Assembly: GCA_963764165.1 (NCBI GenBank)
Contig: CAVXRD010000002.1
Span: 960,001 to 1,024,000, forward strand
Origin: an uncultured Verrucomicrobiae bacterium
GTDB taxonomy: Bacteria; Verrucomicrobiota; Verrucomicrobiia; Limisphaerales; Palsa-1400
Reading direction: 5' to 3'
DNA length: 64,000 bases
Within the stretch, counting starts at the first letter, position 1. The number at the start of each line of letters is the position of its first letter. Of this stretch, positions 40,164-50,307 are shown one piece after another. The position numbers and the translations under genes are program-made. Below the pieces are notes generated by a model, which worked only from the letters and a program-made list of their open reading frames with translations, had not been told where the DNA came from and did not search any database.

Positions 40164-42279
40164 CTACGGAATCCACACTGCCCGCCAGAATTGGACGCCT
40201 GCCCCCGGGGCAATGGCATTTGTCACATTCATCGGCGAGTTTGTCAAAGCTATGGATGAAACGGTCGTCCATGAAAGCAGATTTGTCGACTTTTGCAGGA
40301 ACGTAAGGCGTGCCGGTTTGACCACTGACTTGCAACACGAGTTGATTGGAGGAGCTTGAGAGAAATTCGAGCGTCGGCGCCTCGGGTGGAAATGACAGCA
40401 CGGTGAGGGAATAGGGAGAAAAATTGTAATATAAATTGGTGGTTGGAATGCTGTTCGTGGAGATGTCGCAGGCACTGCTGCCTGCCTCGGCGGCGTTGTC
40501 CTGAGCCATGCCGTAGGAATAAATGGTGGCATTTGAGCCGGGGAGGAAGCCCTGGAGCGAAATCTGGCCGGTCAGATTTGTCACCGAATCCTTGCTGACC
40601 ACCAGCATGCTGAGCGATCCGTTTGTCCGCCTTGCCGCGTAAGTGGTGAGCAGCCTGTAACTGCTGGTGGCGGGCAAAATGGAATCGCCGGGACCCAAAA
40701 AAAGCTTCATCAGCTTCGCGGCGAAGTAAGTTGGGTAACGATCCGTCAAATTTGTGGCGAGGCCGTCCATCACACCAAGATCGCCATACATGCGCCAACC
40801 GTAGAGCGTGGAGTCCATGTCGCCCGATTCATCGACGCCGTTGCGAAGATCCCACCAGACAAACGAATTGAATTCCGTTTGCGTCAACATGCCAAAACTG
40901 TCGGCGCGGAAAAGCGCGTTGACGAGGCTGGTTGACTGTTTGCCCTGCGCGCCAGCGTCGCTGTTGTTTTCGGTGCAGAGCAGCTCGATGTTCGTGCCGC
41001 CAGCCCCGAAATAATTGCTGATCATTCCGCGCAAATTGCCCGCCGCGCCGATCCAGTTGGTGGTCACATCCAGCAGCCCCATATCGCTGTCGTTGCCGTA
41101 TTCGGGGTACCAGTGATAGATGGCAAAATCCGGCGTGACACCTAATTGCTTTAATGTGCTCATCACGACAGGCGTCCACCCGTAATGCACCTGGCCGGTG
41201 GTCTGATTGGTGGCTGGATGAGCGCTGTATCCGTTGCTGCTGGAGTCCTCGCCGGTGATGGTGACCACGCCGACTTTGATCGTTGGATCGACGGCTTTCA
41301 TTTGCTGGATGTAAGTTGCGGCGCGCGTCGCGTAAGTGAAAGGATCGTGCGGGTTGGCGTTGCTGTCGGTTTCCCAGGTTCCGTAAAGTTCGTTGCCCAC
41401 TTCCCAATATTTGAAGCCGTAATGGTTGGTGACATTCGCGCTCCTCACCCACGCCGCCGCCTCGGCTGGAGTGCCCGTGCCGTAATTGGCCGTGATGATG
41501 ACGTTTGCGCCGACGTTCGTTGCCACTGAGGCAAATGTTCTGAACGAGGTGGCCCATTGCCAAGTGTTGGAATCGGAGGTGTTCGAAGCCCAGTGGTAAT
41601 CATCCGCAGCCGACCCACCCGGAAATCGGAGGAACCGCAACCCCATGTCGTTCAACTCGGAAATGGTGGCAGACGTCCCAAAATCGCCGTCCCAGATTGC
41701 GGTATTAATTCCAAACCACCGGGCGTCGGCGGTGCGCAGGGATTTGGAGGCGTTGACGGAAAGGTACGTAATTTGGGGCGGCGGAAGCGGATTGAGCTGG
41801 ATCGAGTCGAGATAGAAAGTTGGGGCCGCATATGGAGAATTTAACTGCCACCAAAACCCATTAAAATTGCTTTGATATGCGACACCGAGCGACGAGAGCG
41901 GGATAGTGATCTGTCGCCATGCATTTGAAGCAAGCGTCGGCAGGGTCAAACTGCTTGCGGGGCTTCCGCCTAACACGCCGTGCAGGGTTATGTTCTGGCC
42001 TCCGACCGGCCCGCCGTTAATCCAGAAACTGACAGTTGTGTAAATGGAAGTGTCGAGATTGGGCGTATAAAGCCAGAGCGCGGAATAATTCGACGCCGTG
42101 ACACTGATGGAATCCGAGCCGGAATAGACGGGTGATGTATTTGTTAGATTGTTGGTGGCCCAGCTCCAATTTTGAAACCCATTGACGAGGCTGTCTGAAT
42201 AAATCACCAGCGGCGCCTGCGCCTCCACCCGCCCGACCCAAAACAAACCAACAGCGATCAGCAGGACGCGAAAAGACAT
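40164..42279 (-). CDS. Secreted clan GH-A glycoside hydrolase (GH51/GH44/GH79-like, alpha-L-arabinofuranosidase-like) with +1 frameshift near the 3' end
   Basis: Signal peptide, CBM-like N domain, LRFPGGS, WEVGNE (acid/base), TENN (nucleophile); C-terminus continues in the frame ending FWRAVWIP* at 40164. Confidence 0.8.
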
Positions 42280-42324
42280 GCTTACTTATAGCTCATTCCA
42301 CTGGGAACGCGCAACCTGAGCGTT

Positions 42325-43287
42325 CTAATCCTTCAGCGCGGACGTAATTGGCGCGAGAAAGAAGCAATCGCGGTCGTCCGGCGTCTGCTTGGTGGCGGTT
42401 GATCCCGTGCCGGTGTCGCCGATGGCGCTATAGGTGCGAGAGTCTGTCCATTTGTGGATGATGGAATGGCCGTCCGCGAATGAAATGCCCGCTGCCTGGT
42501 CATGGTTGCCCGCCGGGAAATCGATCAAATACGTCGCACCGGGCGAGGCGGCGGCGGAGATGGCCAGCGATCCGTCGTTGATCGACATCGGGTTTTCATC
42601 CATGGTTACAAATGTGTTGGCCGGACCGGGTTTCGTGAAAGAGGACAATTTGCCGTAAGTAAGATAATTATTGGCGGTGTAGCTTTGTCCATCCAGCCAC
42701 TCTCCTAGCACCGGGGATCCCAAGGGCGGCCCACCCGAAGTGTAAGCGCTGCTGCTGTTCCATACCGTGCCAACAGCAGAATTCATGGAAATGCTGCGCA
42801 CATGCACGCTCTTGGCTGGCGCGTCGAAGTAATTATCAGCCGGGCAATGGTAAACGTAGGCATTCGGCAGGTAATGGGACAAAGCTGTGCCGATCGGATC
42901 CGTCAGTTCGCTCAACATCGCCGCGTCGATCGGCTGCTCCATCGTCCCGCAAACCCAATTCTTCATGGAAATTTTGTTGCCAGACGTGTAATAGCATGTC
43001 TCGTAGGGAAAGTCGTTTGGGGCCAGCAAATCGTTATTGTCATCGGCATACATGTGCCATGCCAGCATTATCTGGCGGCCGTTGCTCATGCATTGGGTGG
43101 ATTGAGACTGCTGCTTGGCGTGCGACAGCGCAGGAAGCAGCAGCGCAGCCAGAATCGCGATAATGGCGATCACCACCAGCAGTTCGATAAGCGTGAATCC
43201 ACCTCGCAAAGGCGACGGCGGGCGCGAACCGCAACCCATGCCATGGGTTGCAGCCCTCGCGCCCGCCGTGTGACGACCTGATCTCAT
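42325..43287 (-). CDS. Prepilin-type N-terminal cleavage/methylation protein with H-X9-DG motif
   Basis: [52 protein letters not shown]. Confidence 0.92.
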   Translation of the reverse strand: MRSGRHTAGARAATHGMGCGSRPPSPLRGGFTLIELLVVIAIIAILAALLLPALSHAKQQSQSTQCMSNGRQIMLAWHMYADDNNDLLAPNDFPYETCYYTSGNKISMKNWVCGTMEQPIDAAMLSELTDPIGTALSHYLPNAYVYHCPADNYFDAPAKSVHVRSISMNSAVGTVWNSSSAYTSGGPPLGSPVLGEWLDGQSYTANNYLTYGKLSSFTKPGPANTFVTMDENPMSINDGSLAISAAASPGATYLIDFPAGNHDQAAGISFADGHSIIHKWTDSRTYSAIGDTGTGSTATKQTPDDRDCFFLAPITSALKD

Positions 43288-45311
43288 GGATTGATGTTGA
43301 AAGCGGTGCTATTGGCCGGGGCGATGTTCGTGCTGGTCACGTCCGTCGCGGTAACGACCACATTGTTGCCGGTGCTTCCAAAGTAGATGGTATATTGGCC
43401 AGAGCCGTTGACCAATGCCGCGTTATTTGGATCAAACCCGCCGCCATTGTCCGTGATCTGAATCGTGTCGTTGATCCCGGGAACCGGATTGAAGTGGGCG
43501 TCCGTCGCCAGAACCGTCACGGTCAACAGTCCGCCGCTGGCGCTCAAGCTGAATGGCGTCGGTGTGCCCACCTTTCCAGTGGACGTATTAGGCGCGTTGG
43601 TCTCGCCGGGCAGCAGCACCAGCAATTGAGAGAAAGTGCGCTGCACCACGGCGAAAAACGCATCCTGCCCTGCGGGCAATGAATTGGTCGAGAGCAAGGC
43701 TTGGTAGGTGGCGCCGTCTTTAATGGTCAGCGTCGGCGTGATGTTGCCCCATCCCTCGGTCAGATTGGTAGCGGCCGCCAGCGCATAATTGGGCGCGGGC
43801 AAGGACCAGCCAACCCAGTAGGCTGCGCTGCTAGGTATCAAGAGACAGCCGTTGGTATCGTTCGAAAGATCTTCCCAGTAATTGGTGTTCAAGGAGCTGT
43901 CCGTTGTGAAGTTGTCAGTAAAGGCGGCCGATGTCCCTGTTAAGGAGAAGCTGCTGTAAATCACAGCCTGGGTTTCTGGCAGGCCCGTGTAGCCCGCAGT
44001 GTTCGGCTGTGCGCCGAGAATCAGCGTAACCGGGTCGGCAAAGAGCGCCGCGGAGGCTGCATCCATGGTGAAATTCGTCGACGCCCCGCCAGGCGCGGTA
44101 AGTGTTATATTCGTCGTGTCGGAGAACGTCAGGCTCCAGGTGCCCAGCAATGGCGCACTGTCAAATCCAACAATCGGCATCACCGGCCAGCCATTGGGGT
44201 CGCCGGCGGCATTTGTCGGCGAGGTGGTATTGAACAACATGCCGTTGCCGGCGATTTCATTGGTCTTGTATCGGAAATTAGCAATGCCGCCACCGTTGCC
44301 ATCGGATTGAATCGTCAGGAAAATGCAGTTGGCTAGATTGTAGTCAGCCGCTTGATCGTAGGGGCCTGGATAGTAGGTCTGCGTGGTGGTGCTGTCGCTG
44401 CCCGAGACCATGAAAAAATGCGCCTGATAACTGTAGGCGGCATCATTCGTCGGGAACTTTTTGATGGTCCACGAATAGGTCACGCTGGATTGCCCCACGA
44501 ACGACAGCCCGCCTGCGCCATCATTTGTATCGGCGATTTGGTAACGGTTGTACTGCGCGCTGGGGCTGGTGTCGATCAAGTTGAGTCCTGTGACAGGCTT
44601 CTCAATAGTCAGTGTTGGTGGTGGAGGCGGAGGCGCCACGGAGCCGTTGATCGATATATTATCAATCCAGTTGGTGATGGTGAAAAGCGGGTAGCCACCG
44701 TACGAGTTAATATCCAAGGCGATCCCGGGAACATCGCCAAATCCCTGGGTTTGGTCGATCGGAACAGAAACATGAAACCAGTTGGACGAGGCACTGGCCG
44801 GAATCGTCACGGTCCCGCCCGTAATCGCCTCGTAGCCGTAGCCACTGCTGATGAAGCCCACCTGGATAGCCCCATAATTGCCGCTGGAACTCAGCGGCGT
44901 ATTTGACGCAACCAATATATCAAACGAGACAGAGCTGAACTTGGTTGTATCCGCCTCCGTGCTGAAATTATAAGATCCGCTGTCCGCAAAACAGCCGAAG
45001 AACACGTCCTGGGTGTACCCCGCCAGCGGACTGATTACCTCCAACGATCCTGAATCAGACGTGTTGGCGCCTGCCACAGGGTTCGAAGCATCGGTCGTCG
45101 GGTCGGTTATGATGGGTTGGTTCCCGCCGGGAGAATTATACCAATAGATCCAAGTGGGATCGTAAAACTGCCCTTCGTCGGGGCCACTGGTGGGGAATGT
45201 AAAAGCATAGGTGTTGGTGATGATGGTCTGGGCGTGAGTTGGTGAAGGCGAACTGGCCAGAGCCAGCATGGCGATGGCTGATCCAGACAACAGGCGTTTA
45301 AGCGTATTCAT
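43284..45311 (-). CDS. Large secreted Thr/Asn/Gly-rich hypothetical protein
   Basis: Signal peptide ending THA|Q; beta-rich composition; poly-Pro linker; ATGA overlap with the prepilin gene. Confidence 0.85.
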   Translation of the reverse strand: MNTLKRLLSGSAIAMLALASSPSPTHAQTIITNTYAFTFPTSGPDEGQFYDPTWIYWYNSPGGNQPIITDPTTDASNPVAGANTSDSGSLEVISPLAGYTQDVFFGCFADSGSYNFSTEADTTKFSSVSFDILVASNTPLSSSGNYGAIQVGFISSGYGYEAITGGTVTIPASASSNWFHVSVPIDQTQGFGDVPGIALDINSYGGYPLFTITNWIDNISINGSVAPPPPPPTLTIEKPVTGLNLIDTSPSAQYNRYQIADTNDGAGGLSFVGQSSVTYSWTIKKFPTNDAAYSYQAHFFMVSGSDSTTTQTYYPGPYDQAADYNLANCIFLTIQSDGNGGGIANFRYKTNEIAGNGMLFNTTSPTNAAGDPNGWPVMPIVGFDSAPLLGTWSLTFSDTTNITLTAPGGASTNFTMDAASAALFADPVTLILGAQPNTAGYTGLPETQAVIYSSFSLTGTSAAFTDNFTTDSSLNTNYWEDLSNDTNGCLLIPSSAAYWVGWSLPAPNYALAAATNLTEGWGNITPTLTIKDGATYQALLSTNSLPAGQDAFFAVVQRTFSQLLVLLPGETNAPNTSTGKVGTPTPFSLSASGGLLTVTVLATDAHFNPVPGINDTIQITDNGGGFDPNNAALVNGSGQYTIYFGSTGNNVVVTATDVTSTNIAPANSTAFNINP

Positions 45312-45581
45312 AGATTTTGAGTGAAGGGACGGGACGACGTGTTTGCCGTGTGCATAACATGGATTGCGGTGATCATGCGCTATTGCGATCCATTTGTCAC
45401 CAACGCATTTGGTTTGGTTTGAACTACGCCTTTAGTATAGGTTTTTTGCCCCCTGAGTGCGTGGTTGCCCTGCTGGCGCGACTTTGCGAGGCTCACAGGC
45501 ATCATGCCCGTCATCAAGCCAGCCTCCGCCGCATCCCTTTCCGGCGTTGAAGGTTCCCGGATTCTCTGGCAATATGACCCC

Positions 45582-47717
45582 ATGTTCACTCTGCATCTCC
45601 GGGGCGCGGCCACTCCGTTGGCGCTGCGCGCGGCCTTTTTGGGAGGTCTGCTCCTTTCCATTTCCGCGCGGGCTGACACCAACAACGCGCCATCCGCTCT
45701 TCCAGTCTTGACGTCCACTCGCGAGATTCGTGAAATGGCGCCGGAACAGGCGGCGCGGCGCTATCCCGCGCTCGTGAGGGGGGTCGTGACATTTTGCGAT
45801 GCCAAGGCCGACTGGGCCATGTTCATTCGCGACGCCGTGTCTGGAATTTACGTCAAACTCGGTGACGGCAGGAATTTTGAGGTGGGCGATCAAGTGGAGG
45901 TTTCCGGCTACAGCCAGGCTGGCGATTTTGTGCCGTTTGTCTATGCGACCGAGGTGAAAGTTCTTGGCCACGGTTCGCCGCCCCCTCCGACGCCGGTTTC
46001 CTTCGAACAACTGGCCACCGGCAAGGAAGACAGCCAATGGGTGGAATTGCGCGGGAAAGTCCGCTCGGTTGTGCCCAGCACCCAGGGCAAAACACGCTTG
46101 GACCTGTTGGTCGATGGCCAGCGCCTGAGCGTATTGATCACGCGATTTGATTGGACGAATCCTGGCGAACTCATTGGCGCGACAGTCCGCATTCGCGGAG
46201 TCTGCCGGACCCGCTTTAACAATAAACGCCAGATTTGCGCCCCCTACATCAGCGTCACGAGTTCGTCCGACATCACGGTGGATATTCCCGCCACAGGCGA
46301 GCCTCCCACCGTATCGTTGACTCGATTGTTGTGGTTTAATTCGGATGGTTACTATGGCCGGCGGGTCAAGGTGCCCGGCGTGGTCACGGAACAAAAAGGC
46401 ACCACGCTTTTCATCCAGGACGGCGGCGACGGGCTTTACGTCAAAACAGACCAGACCAACGACCTCAATCCCGGCGACATGGTGGAGGCCGAAGGCTTTC
46501 CGCTGGTCGGCCAGTATTCGCCAATCCTCGAGGACGCCACTGTAAAATGCGTCGGGCACACTTCTCCTCCCCAGCCGATCAACGCGCGCCTTGATCAATT
46601 ATTTTCGGCGGATTACGAGTGCGAGCTGGTTCGCGTGCGCGGAACGTTGATGAACGAAGTCCACCGGGCAGGCGAGCAGGTGCTGATCATTGAAGGAGAC
46701 AATTTGATTCTCAACGCGCGCCTCGACGCGGCCAAAGCCGACCCGCAGTTCATGCACCTGGAAAAAGGAACCCAACTGGAATTGACCGGCGTCTGCCTTG
46801 CGCAGCCAATGGAGAATTGGAACCCTTCCGTCGCGACCCGCCCCGAGACGTTTCAGCTTCTGCTCCGCTCCGCCGGCGACGTCGTCGTCATCCAAAACCC
46901 GCCATGGTGGACATTGTCGCGCCTGCTTTGGACGCTGGGAGCGATGAGCGTGGTCCTTTCCGCCGGCTTTGCCTGGGTATTTATTCTTGACCGCCGCGTC
47001 CGCCAGCAGACGACGATCATCCAGCAGAAACTCCACCGGGAAGCTGTGCTGGAGGAGAGAACGCGCATCGCCCGCGAATTTCACGACACGCTGGAGCAGG
47101 AATTGGTCGCCATCACCATTCAATTGGAAACGGTCGCGGCCAAATTTGACGAATCGCCGCAGACCGCGCGGCAAATGCTGGAGCTGGCCCGCAACATGAG
47201 CCGCCGCAGCCTCTTCGAAGCCAAGCGCTCCGTCTGGGATTTGCGCTCGCACCTTTTGGAAAACAGCAGCCTGCCGACCGCCATCTCAGAAGTGGCAAAG
47301 CTCATTACGCGCAGCTCGGGACTGCAAATCGAAGTCGAGACGGCCGGCCTGCCGCGCCGTCTGGCGCCGCAAATCGAAAATAATTTGCTGCGAATCGCCC
47401 AGGAGGCCCTGGCCAATGTCTTGAAACACGCCCGCGCCACCCGCGTGGCCGTGCGCCTCGAGTACCAGCCGGTCAAGGTTTCGCTCAGCATCATTGACAA
47501 CGGCGTTGGGTTCGACACCGCCAGCCAGGCCGCCGCCTACGGCGGGCATTTTGGTTTGATGGACATGGGTGAACGGGCCGAGCGCATGGGCGGCCGTTAC
47601 ATCATGCTCAGTTCGCCGGGCCAGGGAGCGGAAATCCGCGTCGAGGTGAATTGCAAAGATGAACTTTTCCCCGTCGGCGGACCGATGTCCGAGTTAGACG
47701 CGCGAACGGCCGCGTAG
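45582..47717 (+). CDS. NarX/HisKA_3-type sensor kinase with tandem extracytoplasmic OB-fold-like repeats
   Basis: Signal peptide; repeats VRGVVT..FIRD..GDQVEVSG and VPGVVT..FIQD..GDMVEAEG; PPWWT+TM; EERTRIAREFHDTLEQ; DNGVGF; GHFGL. Confidence 0.9.
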   Translation: MFTLHLRGAATPLALRAAFLGGLLLSISARADTNNAPSALPVLTSTREIREMAPEQAARRYPALVRGVVTFCDAKADWAMFIRDAVSGIYVKLGDGRNFEVGDQVEVSGYSQAGDFVPFVYATEVKVLGHGSPPPPTPVSFEQLATGKEDSQWVELRGKVRSVVPSTQGKTRLDLLVDGQRLSVLITRFDWTNPGELIGATVRIRGVCRTRFNNKRQICAPYISVTSSSDITVDIPATGEPPTVSLTRLLWFNSDGYYGRRVKVPGVVTEQKGTTLFIQDGGDGLYVKTDQTNDLNPGDMVEAEGFPLVGQYSPILEDATVKCVGHTSPPQPINARLDQLFSADYECELVRVRGTLMNEVHRAGEQVLIIEGDNLILNARLDAAKADPQFMHLEKGTQLELTGVCLAQPMENWNPSVATRPETFQLLLRSAGDVVVIQNPPWWTLSRLLWTLGAMSVVLSAGFAWVFILDRRVRQQTTIIQQKLHREAVLEERTRIAREFHDTLEQELVAITIQLETVAAKFDESPQTARQMLELARNMSRRSLFEAKRSVWDLRSHLLENSSLPTAISEVAKLITRSSGLQIEVETAGLPRRLAPQIENNLLRIAQEALANVLKHARATRVAVRLEYQPVKVSLSIIDNGVGFDTASQAAAYGGHFGLMDMGERAERMGGRYIMLSSPGQGAEIRVEVNCKDELFPVGGPMSELDARTAA

Positions 47718-47727
47718 CACGCATTTT

Positions 47728-48360
47728 ATGACAACGAAAGATAAAATCCGGATCATGGTGGTCGACGACCATTTTGTGGTGCGGATGGGATTGCGGGGTT
47801 CCATCAATTTGGAGTCGGACATGACAGTCATCGCCGAAGCGCCCAATGGCGACCAGGCAATCGCGCTCTACCGGCAGGAAAGACCCGACGTCATTTTGAT
47901 GGATTTGAAGCTGCCGGGAATGAGCGGCGTCGAGGCCACGCGGCTGATTTGCAAGGAATTTCCCGGCGCAGCGATCATCATGCTCTCCACCCACGACGGC
48001 GAAGAGGATATTTATCGCTCCCTGGTGGCGGGCGCGAAAACGTATTTGTTGAAAACCGCCAGCCGCAGCGAATTGATCGACGGCATCCGCGCCGTTCACG
48101 GCGGCGAACGCCACATCTCGCCCGCCATTGGCGCGCGCCTGGCGGAACGCATGTCGCACCCGGAATTAACGACACGGGAAATTGAGGTGCTTGGCTTGAT
48201 CGTCAAAGGGCGCAGCAACAAGGAAATTGCCTCTGAATTGGCGATCGCGGAAGTGACGGTGAAATTGCACGTCGGCCATGTGCTGTCGAAATTGGGAGTC
48301 AACGACCGCACGCAAGCCAGCACCACCGCATTGCAGCGGGGAATTATACATTTTGACTGA
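47728..48360 (+). CDS. NarL/LuxR-family DNA-binding response regulator
   Basis: VVDDHFVVRMG, DVILMDLKLP, LTTREIEVL..GRSNKEIA..TVKLHV. Confidence 0.95.
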   Translation: MTTKDKIRIMVVDDHFVVRMGLRGSINLESDMTVIAEAPNGDQAIALYRQERPDVILMDLKLPGMSGVEATRLICKEFPGAAIIMLSTHDGEEDIYRSLVAGAKTYLLKTASRSELIDGIRAVHGGERHISPAIGARLAERMSHPELTTREIEVLGLIVKGRSNKEIASELAIAEVTVKLHVGHVLSKLGVNDRTQASTTALQRGIIHFD

Positions 48361-48441
48361 AGCACGGCTGGGCGAGAATCCATCGAGCCCTGATTGAAAC
48401 ACGGAATTTACAGAACCATCTCAATACATCGAGGCAATCCT

Positions 48442-49356
48442 ATGCAAGCGATTATCAAAATCCATAATGGGCTCGACAGAGTCTCGCCCTGCCGGGAATG
48501 GAGGGAGAAAGAGGGGCGGGCTTTCACCCTCATCGAATTATTGGTGGTCATTGCGATCATCGCCATTCTCGCGTCGCTGCTGCTGCCGGCCCTTGCCCGC
48601 GCCAAGCAGCAGGGAAACCTCTCCAAGTGCGTCTCGAATCAAAAGCAGCTCGGCGTGGGGTTCAGCCTTTACCTTGGCGATAACAATGACGTTTATCCCG
48701 CCGCCGCCTGCGACGGCGCCGATAATTCTCAATACACTTGGGACACATCGCTGAACCATTACATTGGCGGAAATCCCGCTTTGAACAAAGCCGAATTGGA
48801 CAGCGGCGCAGTCTCAAACGTATTGACGCCGCAGGTGCTGCGCTGCCCCTCGGATATCGGCCCCGACTCGTATTGGGCGGCGGGCAGCGGTTATGGGCGC
48901 CGCACCTACTCGATGAATGCGATCAGCCAGACTGAGTATTCCGCAACCTTGGGGGCCGCGCTGCCGACTCCGGTCAACGGATTGGGAATTTATTGGAACG
49001 CCCCAACCACCGTGCAGGGGGCTCCGGGCTACAAGGCGGGCGTGGTGCAGGATCCCGCCGGCACGATCAATTTGGTGGAGGAACCGGCCGGCGACAACAT
49101 GTGCGGAAACGTCTGGCCTTCATTCTGCCTCGGTCCGGTCAACGATCTGTATAGCGGCCAGGGCGTGGGAGAATGCTACCAAATCGGCACCCACGATCCG
49201 AACAACCAGGGTCTTGCTCTTTACCAATTGCAGGGGAACAAATTCAGCTACCTCTTCTTCGACAACCACGTTTCGATTCTCTCCGTCCAACAAACGGTCG
49301 GAACCGGCACCACAAACATTCCAAAAGGGATGTGGACGCTGACCGCTGGAGACTAA
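48442..49356 (+). CDS. Prepilin-type N-terminal cleavage/methylation protein (degenerate H-X9-DG)
   Basis: [59 protein letters not shown]. Confidence 0.9.
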   Translation: MQAIIKIHNGLDRVSPCREWREKEGRAFTLIELLVVIAIIAILASLLLPALARAKQQGNLSKCVSNQKQLGVGFSLYLGDNNDVYPAAACDGADNSQYTWDTSLNHYIGGNPALNKAELDSGAVSNVLTPQVLRCPSDIGPDSYWAAGSGYGRRTYSMNAISQTEYSATLGAALPTPVNGLGIYWNAPTTVQGAPGYKAGVVQDPAGTINLVEEPAGDNMCGNVWPSFCLGPVNDLYSGQGVGECYQIGTHDPNNQGLALYQLQGNKFSYLFFDNHVSILSVQQTVGTGTTNIPKGMWTLTAGD

Positions 49357-50222
49357 CGCGTCGATGGCGCGCCGGGCGTCGCCGGATAATCGTTTGAGGT
49401 CAGCAACCGGCGGCCACCGCCGACAAACACATGGCCGTCATCGGTCAAGCGGAGCCGCGGGCGGGATTCGGAATATTCGTGATACTGGCGGGCCAGGAGA
49501 GTCCCGCTGGTATTGATTTCGCAATAAGTGAAGACACGGGCCCCCGTTTGAACCAGGACATGGAAATGGTTGAACCGATCCATCTCCGCCTCCGGATCAC
49601 GGAAATCAACAATGCGCGCCAAAGGATAGACACGCAACGGACGGCCGGTTCCGTCAGACAACTGGAAATACAATCTCATCTGGTCAAGAAATGAGACGCG
49701 AAGGAGGCCATAACGGCGAATATCAGGCGGCGCGTTGGTCACGCCAGCGGGAAGCGGCACGCCGAAAGCGAGATCGCCCAGGCCGGTCAAAGGCGTTCCC
49801 TTTTCCACCGTAAAAATAGCGGGCTTGCACGCCATTTCCTGTTTCCATTGCGGAATCCGGACGACGGCCCGCAGCGAATACCGTCCCGGTTTGCGGAAAT
49901 CGAAATAGGGCGTGATGTTGAATTCGCGCACGATGGTTTGCCCGGTCATCAGCGTAAATGCCTGCTTGACCGGCATCTCTCCCAATTTATGGGCGACGTA
50001 TTCATGCTCGCCGATGACATCAAAGCTGATCCAATTGGTCGTCGCGCCCAGAATGAGCGGCTGGCCGGAGCGATTCACAATCGTCAGGGTGGCGCGGACA
50101 TCTTCGCCGGACAGGTATTGCTGCTGGTCGATTTCGAGATCGAGCGTAACGCCGTTGTGCTGCGCCATCACTGTGTGAGCCATGGCGCAAAGCAAGACAA
50201 ATACAATGGCGAATTTCCTCAT
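49353..50222 (-). CDS. Secreted hypothetical protein
   Basis: Signal peptide MRKFAIVFVLLCAMAHTVMA; Ig-like N-terminal strands (YFDFRKPGRYSL). Confidence 0.75.
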   Translation of the reverse strand: MRKFAIVFVLLCAMAHTVMAQHNGVTLDLEIDQQQYLSGEDVRATLTIVNRSGQPLILGATTNWISFDVIGEHEYVAHKLGEMPVKQAFTLMTGQTIVREFNITPYFDFRKPGRYSLRAVVRIPQWKQEMACKPAIFTVEKGTPLTGLGDLAFGVPLPAGVTNAPPDIRRYGLLRVSFLDQMRLYFQLSDGTGRPLRVYPLARIVDFRDPEAEMDRFNHFHVLVQTGARVFTYCEINTSGTLLARQYHEYSESRPRLRLTDDGHVFVGGGRRLLTSNDYPATPGAPSTR

Positions 50223-50307
50223 GGGACGAGTGTAGAGAGGCGGCGCCCCGATTTCAAGCTGGATAAAGACCTTTCGCAGGCGCTGCACAAATTTCTCGCC
50301 CACCGCC

